DNA of 64,000 bases from Podarcis liolepis (lineage: Eukaryota): assembly GCA_965112155.1 (NCBI GenBank), contig OZ218112.1. One strand, written 5' to 3'. The notes under the pieces are model-generated. The model had not been told where the DNA came from. It did no database searches and saw only the letters and a list, made by a program, of their open reading frames with translations. The position numbers and the translations under genes are program-made. Below, piece by piece: positions 36,965 to 48,743 of the stretch; within the stretch, counting starts at the first letter, position 1, and every line of letters begins with the position of its first letter.

Positions 36965-39742
36965 CTCTAGAGTTTGAGGCCAAGAATGGCTCTTTCCTAC
37001 TCCCCTTGACAGTCACTCCTGCATGAATTAATGGGTCTCGCATCCGAGTATGCATGTGCTTCTGCCAATTTGCCACTCATTTCATTGTGCTTTGGAGTTA
37101 GGAAGTTCCCAGTGGGTTGAGTCTCTGAGCTACCTCAATATATTTAGCTGAGCATGGATGTGTTGGCTAAGGCTGATGGGAATTAGAGGACAGCACTGGG
37201 TGTCCTGAGTACATATAACTCATGATTATGGTTACTGGTCACATCCACACCATATATTTAAAGCACTCTTACACCAAAGCACTTTGCTTCCCTAAAGGAA
37301 TCATGAGAACTGTAGAGCTAGGATTTGTAGCTCTGCAAGGGGGTCTTCTAACAACTATCAGCACCCTTAACAGTTTCCAAGTTTCTTTGGGAGGAACCAT
37401 TACTTTAAAGTGGTATAAGAGTGCTTTAAATGAATGGCGTGGATGTGGCCAAGTTGTGTGTTTACACACTGCAATTAACTTATAGACCAAAGGCAGAATT
37501 TCTGTTGAGGCCAAATCTACTTGTCATTTTCTTCAAGTGTCTATATAGCTCCAGGGGAGAGTACATGAGAAGGATGTAAGCATGTGTTTGTAAGTGTGTG
37601 GTTTTAGAAAGTGTTATTGGAGATAAACTATTTTTCAAGAATCCATGCAAATTGCTAGTTTCTTTGTTTAATCAAGCTCAGCACTGATATATTGCCAACT
37701 CATCATCTAATTAAAAAAAGACAGCACCCTGATCAACAATTAATCACAGGGAGCGAGCATCAATATAAGTAGGTCATTACATGATTGGATTTGTAACCTC
37801 TTTGAGTCCTCATTTCTTCAGCACCACACACACTCAAATGAAGTAGCATGATTTCAATGGGAACTTCCTCTTTAAAGCTGCCTATTTATCACAAGTTCTT
37901 TTTAAAGGTTAAGATAACCCTAAACACATTGTACAGTGTTGTTACAGTGTTGTTATTGTTCTAATTAGCTGCGCGCGCACACACAAAAATCCATTCAACA
38001 GAATCAACAATTTAGGTTGCAGTCTGGAAAGGGTGAGAAGTGGAGGGGGGAGGAGGAATGAAATCAGATGAACTGTCATTTCCAACACCCTGTGAGACTT
38101 GTGGCAGCAGGGAGGAAGTGTGAGTGAAGAGGCATGATTGTGCTATTCCATAATTTTCTGGTCCTCTGTCACAATTCAGCAACACCGCTCCCATTGAGAA
38201 TAATGGGAAGGAAATGTCCTACATCAGCTCTGGGGCTTTTGCAGTTGTCTCCCTGGTTTTGGTGGCATGTCCGGAAATTGGAATAATAGAATTGCAAAGT
38301 TGGAAGGGACTCTGAGGGTCATCTTGTCCAGCCTCCAGGAATATCAACACTTGCTCCCCCACCCCACCAATCTAGGGTTGCCATATTTCAAAAAGTGAAA
38401 ATCTGGACACAAAGGTTGTTGAGCTCTTTTTGTTGTTGTTATATTTTGTTTGGGACAAAGTCGTTGAGCCATACGCCCAGATTTTCATGAACATTTTAAC
38501 TGATTTCTGAAAATACTGCCCAGACACTATGGTTCTTTTGACTCCATAGTCTTCTGCAGATCTGCCTTGGAATACCACCTTTTCAGCCTCTCCTAATGCC
38601 CAAGCTTCACGCCCTACAAAAATGTGATTATTATTTGATTGTCAGGGCTTGTATAGCTTCATGCACTGCACAATGCAAGCACCAACATTGAGCTAACTGT
38701 CAGCATTTGCAAAGCTCTGAATGTGAGTCATTTAATTTACTTCCCTCCAACAATTATGTTATTAAAGACCCAAAGTGGCTAAAAAGTAATGCAAGAGAAT
38801 GAACTTGAAGACGGACTAGAAGACATTCAAAGTTCTATTCCAAAACCAATTTAACTCATGTTCACCTGGCAGTTACGGGATTTCCCTTCAGGTGTAGTTC
38901 AGAAATTTTCTAACTAATTCAGTGAAGTTCATTAAACTGAACTAATTCATTCCAAGCATTGCTAACAACTGGAATCTCATGAGCTAAACATCAGGACCGT
39001 CAATATATTTGGAAGGCCTTTGTTAGCTGTACATTCTATAGATAAGGTCATTATTATGGAATTATTTTCCTATCTCACAGCAGCCTCATTGACTTTAAGA
39101 GTCTGCTGTCTCTCTTTTCCCGGAACAACCTATATACATTTTTTAAAACTACGTGAGGGATCTATTTATCCTTCTGTGACATGCAAGGGTAATTTCCATT
39201 AACATTAATGAGACGTGCTCAGGCCATGGATGTATCAAGAGAACAGGTCTCTAATTAATATCTTGATCCCATCTTTAACCTATCCACATTGCACCTCCTG
39301 CTTCTCTCATCATTAGAAGTAGGTGAAGACAATTAGATCTCCTGAAACACCTAGGTGCTGTGCAAATTTATCACTACTCAGGACAAAGCCTCCCCCGCCC
39401 TGGAAACAAGCAATTAATTTCTGGTCAATGAACTGTTCTCTCCCATTTTCTGGGAGGCAAAGAAAGGAATTAAGCTGAGCACAGCCATGGTCAATTGCAG
39501 GGATGGAGAACCCTTTTTTTCCAGCCTGAGGGCTACTTTTTCTGCCAGGCAGCCATTTGGGGGCCACATCCCAGTGGTGGGTGGAACTGGAGCAAATGTT
39601 ATCTTTGTACAGTTGGCATTTTTAATATCCTCCATCCAGGCATTATCAGAGTACAAGGACAGGCACTGTCTCGGCAGGAAGAAACACCCAAGGAAATTGC
39701 AAAGCAGGGCTGGTGAAGGGACTGGTCTGGAGAGGGTGTGTT

Positions 39743-40250
39743 GGTAAAGGTAAAGGTAAAGGACCCCTGACAGTTAAGTCCAGTCGTGGATGACTCTGGG
39801 GTTGCAGCGCTCATCTCAGTATACCTGAAGAAGCGTCTCCACCCCCATCGTTCTGCCCAGACATTGAGGTCCAGCGCCGAGGGCCTTCTGGCTGTTCCCT
39901 CACTGCGAGAAGCAAAGCTACAGGGAACCAGGCAGAGGGCCTTCTCAGTAGTGGCGCCTGCCCTGTGGAATGCCCTCCCATCAGATGTCAAAGCGATAAA
40001 CAACTACCTGACATTCAGAAGACATCTTAAGGCAGCCCTGTTCAGGGAAGTTTTTAATGTGTGACATTTTAGGTCTCTGTGGAAACCGCCCAGAGTGGCT
40101 GGGGAAACCCAGCCAGATGGGCGGGGTACAAATAATAAATTGTTGTTGTTGTTGTTATTTATTATCTTACTTTCCTGGCCGAGGGAGCCGGCATTTGTCT
40201 GCAGACAGCTTCTGGGTCATGTGGCCAGCATGACTAAGCCGCTTCTGGCA
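39743..40250 (-). mobile_element. Sauria SINE 3' part, split by an L2 insertion
   Basis: (GGTAAA)n tail at 39743; the SINE reads '...gcgctcatctc' and resumes at ~40164 'atcttactttcctggccgagggagccggc'. Confidence 0.88.
39817..40163 (+). mobile_element. L2-clade LINE 3' fragment nested in the Sauria SINE
   Basis: VYLKKRLHPHRSAQTLRSSAEGLLAVPSLREAKLQGTRQRAFSVVAPALWNALP; 3' UTR 'gccagatgggcggggta' and (TTG/TTA)n tail; near-identical to the 46 kb copy. Confidence 0.9.
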
Positions 40251-40999
40251 CTGTGTGTTGGGCAGGTTCCTGAGGACCAGTCAGAGAGGCTTGGAGGGCT
40301 GCATTTGTCTTGAAATTCCCCTGCAGCCCATTTTCTGGGAAGACCAGTGGCTGCATACTGGGAACCAACAATCTGAATTCTTAACTACCTGACCGGTGCT
40401 TGTTTAATTAGCATTCTCCTGCAAAAAAGAGGGAGAAGAATGAGAGCAAGAGGAAGGGACAGAGCTTAGGGTATAGCGGGAAACAACAATGTGTATTTTC
40501 CTTGACTATCTGTTAGTCTCAAACCTTCCCTCTGCTGGTTGCAGACATGTAAGGTTGCTTATACCCAATACAAATACTGAAATGCTTGTGTTAGCAGCTA
40601 GTGCTTCTTGTTTCCCATGGTAGGCATATGCAAACAGATGCCTCTCCCCTCCCAGAGCTCCCTCTGTCAACAGCTTTTCTACCAGGTTGCTATCTAAGTT
40701 CATTATGCAAATGGATAAAAAGAGCTGGTACGCAGATTTACTTATTTTCCCCGTTCCCTCTCCATTTGTTCCCTTTCTTTTGTATCCTGTCTCCTAGATT
40801 GTCAGCTATTATTATAAAACATAAAGCATCTAGAATTCCTTGGCAGGCATATATGCATTTCCATTTTTTGGGTGGGAGTAAAACCCAAGGTACTGGTATG
40901 CATATCTTTATAAAAGTGCCATGGGTGCCAGCAAACAACAAGTGGGGAGGAGTGCTGCTGGTTCTCTCTCTCACACCCACCCACCCACCCCATGTGTAC

Positions 41000-41416
41000 A
41001 CATTCTTATGAGTCTGGGGGGTTAGCTTGCATGATGCCTGAGTCCCTTTAATGTTCTTGGATCCAGCAAGGGTTAAAATCTAATGGAGGATCCATTTGAT
41101 TAAAGTAGTCAGAGCTTTTGGGTAGTCAGTTAATGGGTTAAAGCAAGGCTGTTAGTATAAAAAAGGAGGTTGCTCTGTGACAGAGGGCAAATAGGTGGGA
41201 CTCCTCCCTCACCTGGCTGCTGGTGAGAGTGACAATAGCCCGAGTGGAGTGTGAGAGAGGTTGGCTAGAAGCTGGCAGAATCCAGAATCCATCCTGGTAT
41301 GCATATCATATCATAAAGACACTACAGTCTCCACCGTCCCTTATTCCCAGGCCCTGGGCAAGTGCCTGGAACCCCTGGAATCTTGCATTGCTTGGAGATT
41401 GGGGTGGCATGCAACA
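41000..41416 (+). mobile_element. LTR-like repeat, probable solo LTR, copy 3
   Basis: TATAAA at ~41156, 'taaagacactacagtctcca' (41314-41333), 'ggagattggggtggcatgcaaca' end. 5' boundary approximate. Confidence 0.55.
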
Positions 41417-41440
41417 GTATAAACAAATGTAAAATATATA

Positions 41441-41876
41441 CAGGCAACTCCCAATTTACATGGGGGTTATGTTCTGAAGCACCACACGTGTCAGTGAAGC
41501 TGTCCCTATTTGAAACGCCATTGGGAAAAGTCTGCACACACCCTCTAAACCTCTGGAAGCCCTTGCAAAACCCCTTTTAAAAACCAGCAGCACTTACCAG
41601 ACTGGCAAGAATGGTGCCAAACTCCATCACAATCACTCCCTCCAAACCTTTCTCACACTCCAACTCATCACAGGCCTCAATGGTTGGTGCAAGGGCTCTT
41701 GGGATTGCACTTGCAAAGGCTCGTGGGATCGCTAGGTACTGTTTTCACACCTTTTTGCCCTTTCTGGGTTCTTTTAGGACTGTTTTTACCATTTTAAAAG
41801 TCACTTCCGGCTTCAGAGTGATGTGAGCATGCACGGTTGCACATCAGTTGTACAGTCATAAATTGGGAGTTACCGT
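41441..41876. mobile_element. Tigger/pogo-like MITE
   Basis: Imperfect TIR caggcaactcccaattta / taaattgggagttaccgt with TA on both sides. Confidence 0.75.
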
Positions 41877-42175
41877 TAAATAAAATGAGTTATCCTAACA
41901 CTCAGTGGGGCTTACCTTTCTAATATTGCTCTGTAAGTTGAGGGTTGTTGTTTGTGTGTATGTGCGTATTTAACAACTTTAACAATAAAGCAAGTCATCT
42001 GAACATTTAAAAATTACTGCTTTAATCTAAGTTCAATTAAGCAGGAATCAGCACATATGTTAATGATTCATCCCACACCCATTCTAGCCAATTTATACTT
42101 GTAATCCAGCATGTCTCAAAAGTACCTTCTCAGCCTCTGCCTTGTGGTATATGGCACCTAAAGGGTTGAAAGGAG

Positions 42176-43048
42176 CAGGGCCACCTGGGCGGCACCAGGC
42201 ATCCGCCACTGAAGCCACCTAAGCTCTTAACTATCTACCTGTTATGAAATAATAAATAATTTTCATCAAGCTAGAAAAACAAAATACATACATACATACC
42301 TAGATACAGTGGTGCCTCAGGTTAAGTACTTAATTCGTTCCGGAGGTCCGTTCTTACCCTGAAACTGTTCTTAACCTGAAGCACCACTTTAGCTAATGGG
42401 GCCCTCCCGCTGCTGCCGCTCCGCCAGAGCACGATTTCTGTTCTCATCCTGAAGCAAAGTTCTTAACCCGAGGTAATATTTCTGGGTTAGCGGAGTCAGT
42501 AACCCGAAGCGTATGTAACCCGAGGTACCACTGTATTACTGAAATCTATACCTACTGTTTCACTAAAGGATTTTTGACTTTGTGCGCTCATTTACCAAAG
42601 ACGCGCCACGCCAGCCGTGGCACTTGTCATTCACAATGGTGGCGCTTGTCAGACTCAACGACGGACCTTGTCATTCACAATGGCGCCATGCACACAAAAT
42701 TAACTCTTACATCAAAATATTATGCTACATATTGTATTGAGCTGCTATGCGGCAGCAGGGTCAGCGGCACCTTTGACACAAGTGATGTTTCTCCTGAGTA
42801 GGTGCCTAAACAATACTTATAAGTTTAAGTGTGGTGGTGTTGTATACTTAAGTATAAGTGTATTGTAAATAAATGAGCAAATAAAAAAGTTTGTTTCTTT
42901 TTCCTCCCTTCTTTCGTAAACAAGAGATAAGGCATAAGCGTGGTGTCTGACATAAGCATAATAAAAGTTGATTTGGGGGATAAACTAAATTTGGGGACTC
43001 TGGGCGGATCTTTGCACCCTGGCAGCGCATATGCTAAAGACAGTCCCG
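42176..43048. mobile_element. Non-autonomous hAT (Tip100-like) element containing a nested Tigger-like MITE
   Basis: Starts CAGGGCC, ends 'aagacagtcccg'; 7/8 TSD gaaaggag (42168-42175) / gaaatgag (43049-43056); CpG-rich interior. Confidence 0.6.
42307..42533. mobile_element. Tc1/mariner-pogo (Tigger-like) MITE, family 2
   Basis: TIR cagtggtgcctcaggtta / taacccgaggtaccactg with TA TSD; reverse complement of the 46973 copy. Confidence 0.9.
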
Positions 43049-43485
43049 GAAATGAGATTGACTGCAACCATCACCATTCCTCTGACTCAGTGGGCGGGAT
43101 CTACGTGATGTGTGCTTTGACCCTCTAGCAAGGCAGTTCTGTGTAAGCTGACCTTAGAGCTGGCACTGCTTATCATCTGTTTTGTTTTTTAAAACAAAAC
43201 AACCATTCTGCTGCACTCTGCTGTTGTGTGCAATGAACAGGAAGGCATGAAGCCATGTGCGCTAGATGCACAAGGGACCCAATCTTGCATCCCAATGCGG
43301 TTTGGTGCTACTGGAGCAGCCTGTGACTGCCAAATTTTGATAAATCCACTGAAATTACTTCTGACCATACTTAATTGGAATCCATTTATTATGCTCATGG
43401 GCCTAAGAGTTATAAAGTGAGCAGCACTGCAGTACATCAGCAGTCAGGGAAAATTAAAGGGGAAATCCAGAGAGCTTTTTTTTCC

Positions 43486-43488
<3 letters not shown>

Positions 43489-43563
<75 letters not shown>
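43489..43563. repeat. Compound (CA)n(GA)n microsatellite
   Basis: Directly visible. Confidence 0.95.
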
Positions 43564-43568
<5 letters not shown>

Positions 43569-44930
43569 TACTTGAAGAGTTTATGAATTTGAATTAGCCC
43601 TAAATTAAATAAAAGTATCTGAATTTGTTGTGGGAAGAAACCTTGCACTAAAATAAGCATTTAATTAGACAGGGAAAGTTCAACTAATTCATTAACTTCT
43701 ATTTGCCTTCTGCTGTAGCCCAATGGTTCAGGGTAGGAACAATATTTTTACCCTTCTCAAAAATTATGCAACTTGTATAAACAGTACAAACTGAGTGGCT
43801 CTGTATAATTTCTCTTATGCTGCATAATTTATTCTGTCATTTTGCCCAGCTTATTCTGCATAATTTAATGATTGCGAGAGGGAAGGAGCAGGGCACTGTC
43901 TTATTCAGCCAAATCCTCTAGTCTTTGAGAAAAGAAGCATGCATAATTTCATGCAGACCTGAAACATTTTTTAAAAAATTAAAAAAAGCTAAATTCGGAA
44001 CTTGTACCGCATTTTATCATTTTCTTGCACATTCACAAAGTTCTGGCATAGGCACAGCCCTATATTTAAAAATATGACCTAAATTAAAAGATAATGCCCT
44101 CCTGTTTCTTATTTGCTGCAATTCTTGTGATCTTTCATGTTGGAAACATGCTGTAAAGTTTATGAGACACAGGTATAAACAGCTGCAGCTGCCATGGCAT
44201 ATCCCCTGGTGAGCAAACAGCCTGACAAAAGTAGCACAACCACATCTTCAGAAATAAAGAGTTGCTAGAGCTCCACATGTGTTTTGAAGTATATTTGGTG
44301 GTCCTGAAACATTATGAGCTTCTTCTATTCGCTACCTTGAAGGCATAGCTCAAGAGATTTGTAGCTGCCAAGAAATGTGTGCAGACAGAAAACTATCCAC
44401 TCCAGTTAAAAGGAATGGAGGAGCTCTCAAAGGCAGGGACTTATGTATGTACACAGGATCCTCTTCAGGACATGATGGACAGTCACATGTTTCTAATGCA
44501 GGAATGCCACGTCAAACTTGTGTTCATCCTGAGATTTGTCTATCTAATCTTTGTAATGCTTCAATTTCTGTCTAAGGAAAATCCATCAGACAGGTCTTTC
44601 TAAATTGCATAACAAATTTGCTTGGCAGCTCTATCTGGCTCTATCCTGCAACCTAGAAAGATTCATTCACTACTGGACAATCCATTCCAACCTGGTGGCA
44701 AATCCAAATATACCTGTTCTTACATAGCAGTAACTTTATTAGATTTAAGGAGAGAAGAATGAACACAGCAGATGAGGGGTGACACCACATACCCAACCTC
44801 ATGGCAGTAGAGTCGCTGCCACTTATTGGGGGTAGGGGGACACTGGTTGTGTGCAGGCATATCAATAGGAGCACTTGACTGGCTACACTTGTTTGCAAGC
44901 ATGTCACTGACATGCCCACAGCTTCCCACT

Positions 44931-45185
44931 GAGAGCCAGTGTGGTGTAGTGGTTAAGAGCGGTGGACTCATAATATGGTAAACCGTGTTCGCCTCCCCGC
45001 TCCTCCACATGCAGCTGCTGAGTGACCTTGGGCCAGTCACACTTCTCTGAAGTCTCTCAGCCTCACTCACCTCACAGAGTGTTTGTTGTGGGGGAGGAAG
45101 GGAAATGAGATTCTTGGCCACTTTGAGACTCCTTAAGGGGAGTGAAAGGCGGAATATCAAGTCCTAACTCCTCCTCCTCCTCCTT
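44931..45185 (+). mobile_element. tRNA-derived SINE (Squam3-like)
   Basis: Head 'gagagccagtgtggtgtagtggttaagagc', CORE-like 'gtgaccttgggccagtcac', (CTC)n tail. Possible TSD cttcccact/cttccccct. Confidence 0.85.
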
Positions 45186-45727
45186 CTTCCCCCCTGCTTG
45201 GTAAGCAGAAGTGACTCTGCTATGGGGTCAGGTTCACAGGGGCGCCCTTCCCACTACTTCTTGCTACTCACATACGGTGAATGGTGAACACTCTGAAACA
45301 AACGGCAAGTCCTCAATGCAGAGATCACAAATGCCAATAAATTTACAACTTGCAAGTCGCTTGCCAAGTGGCTCAGAATTCTGAAGGCAGAGTGAAAAGA
45401 AACATCTGTCCATATGGAATGGTATCATTGACATTTGTTACTTCGAATCATTCCCTTTTAGTACTTCCCAAATGTTGTTGTTCCATTCATACATATCCCA
45501 AACCTGTGGCCAGGTCCAGAAATCTGTTCCCAGCATTGACACAATCCACTGGCCCCACTAGCTGTGCATTCTGTAGGATGTGTGGAAAGGGGCACCTTTG
45601 TACACACAGCTCCAAGTGATTGGGAACCCTAAAAGTGAAATGGAGCATGTGCAATAGCACTAATATATGTGCATGTGTGTATGGATAATGTATTAGCAGT
45701 TCCATCCCTCACCTATGCTCAACCAGT

Positions 45728-45857
45728 TACAGATAGGTAGCCGTGTTGGTCTGCCATAGTCAAAATAAAAAAATTCCTTCCAGTAGCACCTTAAAGACCA
45801 ACTAAATTAGTTCTTGGTATGAGCTTTCGTGTGCATGCACACTTCTTCAGATACACA
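45728..45857 (-). mobile_element. Penelope-like element terminal-repeat fragment, 130 bp
   Basis: 10-bp TSD ctcaaccagt at 45718-45727 and 45858-45867; contains a minimal PLE-type hammerhead. Confidence 0.85.
45817..45854 (-). ncRNA. Minimal type I hammerhead ribozyme, Penelope-type
   Basis: Minus strand reads GUAU-CUGAAGA-A-GUGUGCAUGCACAC-GAAA-GCUC-AUAC: intact core, stem I GUAU/AUAC, palindromic stem II, palindromic AGCU stem III, CUC cleavage triplet. Confidence 0.85.
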
Positions 45858-46024
45858 CTCAACCAGTCACCTGTTACATGCAAAAGGCCTCTAAGTGACT
45901 TTAATGTTTTAAGAGGATAAGCATACACAACCCTCACAAAACCCTCAACAACATTGTAATAAAACCATGCAGGGTTTTATTTTAATCCGAAGAGCAACCT
46001 CCAATAAAGTAGCAAAAAACACAT

Positions 46025-46544
46025 GTGGGGCTACCTTTGAAGGTGACCCGGAAACTACAACTAATCCAGAACGCGGCAGCTCGACTGGTGACTGGGAGCG
46101 GCTGCCGAGACCATATAACATTGGTCTTGAAAGACCTACATTGGCTCCCAGTACGTTTCCGAGCACAATTCAAAGTGTTGGTGCTGACCTTTAAAGCCCT
46201 AAACGGCCTCGGTCCAGTATATCTGAAGGAGCGTCTCCACCCCCATCATTCTAACCGGACACTGAGGTCCAGCACCGAGGGCCTTCTGGCGGTTCCCTCG
46301 CTGCGAGAAGCCAAGTTACAGGGAACCAGGCAGAGGGCCTTCTCGGTAGTGGCGCCCTCCCTGTGGAACGCCCTCCCACCAGATGTCAAAGAGAACAACT
46401 ACCAGACTTTTAGAAGACATCTGAAGGCAGCCCTATTTAGGGAAGCTTTTAATGTTTGATGTATTACAGTATTTTAATATTTTTTGGGAAGCCACCCAGA
46501 GTGGCTGGGGAAGCCCAGCCAGATGGGCGGGGTATGAATAATAA

Positions 46545-46607
<63 letters not shown>
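46025..46607 (+). mobile_element. L2-clade LINE 3' fragment with (TTA)n tail
   Basis: Open 144-aa frame LQLIQNAAARLVTG...HITLVLKDLHWLPVRFRAQFKVLVLTFKALNGLGPVYL (L2 ORF2 C-terminus); long perfect (TTA)n at ~46546-46607. Confidence 0.93.
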
Positions 46608-46972
46608 TACATAAAGCAAGCATTGTTACTGTAATCCAGCAAAAGTCTAGTAAAAGAGGTCAGTTTCTACCTGGATCTGAAAAGATTTCAGGAGAGGCAT
46701 CAGGTAGCCCTCACTGGGGAGAGCTTTCCACAAATGGGGAGTCAGAACCCCTCTACAAATCTTCACATGTGAAGGGACCCAGAGAAGGGCCACAAATGAA
46801 GATTTAATGGTCCAGGCTGGTTTGTATGCATTCCAAAAGACATTGAGGTCTGTGAAGGGCTTTATAGGTCAACCCAGCAGTGAGACCAATCTGCTTGATG
46901 GAAACATAGAGCACATCTTCCAGTTGGGGAATGGAGCCTGTGGCTGCAGTTCCAGTTTCCTCATTCAATATA

Positions 46973-47220
46973 CAGTGGTACCTCGGGTTACAGATGTTTC
47001 AGGTTACATACGCTTCAGGTTACAGACTCCGCTAACCCATAAATAGTACCTCGGGTTAAGAACTTTGCTTCAGGATGAGAACAGAAATCGTGCGGCGGTG
47101 GTGCAGTGGCAGCGGGAGGCCACATTAGCTAAAGTGGTGCTGCAGGTTAAGAACAGTTTCAGGTTAAGAATGGACCTCCAGAATGAATTACTGGTAAGTT
47201 CTTAACCCGAGGTACCAATG
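46973..47220. mobile_element. Tc1/mariner-pogo (Tigger-like) MITE, family 2
   Basis: TIR cagtggtacctcgggtta / taacccgaggtaccaatg with TA TSD. Confidence 0.9.
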
Positions 47221-48466
47221 TACCCGCACTGATGGTCAGAGCAGGGATACCTTATGAGGTTATTGTTCCATGTAACACAATGGCTCTTACAGGTCAAAGG
47301 CAGAGATATTTTCCAGCCCCATTAAGCTACTGGGGATCAAGTCTGGGACTTCTAAGTATGTGCTCTGCCACTGACGTATGGGCCTTCTCCAAGTATTTTT
47401 AGTTTTCATTCCCCAAATTTCTAGTCCTTATGTTCATGCAGACATGAGAGCAAAACTGTCCAAGGGTTGAAAAGATGAAGGTTTGTTTAAATGCTGGGCA
47501 TGAAGACACCTGAAAAACCAAATCCTATTTTGCTGCTGGAGTTTGCAGGAACCAAAATAGGGTAAACAGTATAAAAACATGGCTTGAAGTTCCTGGCACA
47601 GCCTTTGCTTTAATTAGCAGTTTAGCTGCCACTGAACGAAAATACATTTCACTTTTTATTAAAAAGCAACCAATGATTCATACATTTTTAAATTAAAAGT
47701 GAAAGATGAAATAGACGCCGTAACAGTCAAAATGGTAATTAAAACGGCATTCACTTCAAAATACAAAGCACCACAGCTTGGGAGGCGGGATGGAAGAAGG
47801 CTAGAGGCGAAGATCTCATTGAAAATGTGCCAGATACCCAGCTCTTTGCTCTTGATTTAGGGAGCCGGCTGATTGCTCTAGCAAAATGAAAAAAAGAAAT
47901 GGGGGGAGGTGTATGGCTCAGAGAGTGATGATCTATGATGTAACAGGCCAAACCATTCCAAAATGGAGCATTTACATTCCTAAAATATAGGGTCTGCAGG
48001 GGTTGCAGCACAGACTTCCTACACCTGAGTACGCACACACACGGGAGCCCACACAAATAAAATAATTAAGTGTGTGGAAAGCACCATTGCTCAGTGGAAA
48101 GAGCATCCGCTTCTGCAAGGTCTCAGGATCAACCTCCAGATAGAATTCAGGTAGGACTCAGAGGGAAAACCTCTCTGGAACCTTGAAAAGCCACTGGCAC
48201 TCACTGTAGACCTGGGGTAGCCAATGCAGTTCCTTTCAGATGTTCTGAGGCTGTAACTCCAATCAGCCCTAGACAACATGGCCAATGGTCAGGAATGACC
48301 AACATCATCTGGAAGGCACCAGATGCTGAGCTTTATGGTTCTGTGTTCTGCTTGGTATAAAGCACCTTTCTGTGTTACAAGCCAAACCATCTACACCCTC
48401 ATCGTCTTGTTTGTGGTCAACCTCTTTCACTTTCACAAAGAAAATAGATTATAAATAAGGGCCAAG

Positions 48467-48743
48467 CCAATGGATGCTAGTCCATTTGGGAAAATGGAGC
48501 AGTGCCTCACCAGCCTCATCCTGCCCCACTTGCCTGTATTCATACTTACAACAGTGTTGGGGGGTGGCCCTGCCTGTTAGCTTGGTCTCATTATTGCCTT
48601 TGTAGAACTCAGCAAGGAGGAGGATGTGGACAAAACTAGAATGAGCTGGCTTTGCCTCTCATTGGCTCTGGCTCCACCTACTGTTGCTCTCTTTGCCTTC
48701 TACTCTACCCTACAAGTGCCAACAAGGACCCTGGCACCACTGG
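48467..48743. mobile_element. Unclassified dispersed repeat, probable MITE (second copy ~60421-60740)
   Basis: Shared 'ttgtagaactcagca...ggacaaaac.agaat...gctctggctccac' in both copies. Confidence 0.55.

Noticed and set aside
43375-43575. ORF with THTHTH/ERERER repeats
   Set aside because: It is just the translation of the (CA)n(GA)n microsatellite.
44931-45010. tRNA genes at the SINE heads (also 3116, 3305, 17005)
   Set aside because: They run on into SINE bodies and tails, and the cloverleafs are degenerate.
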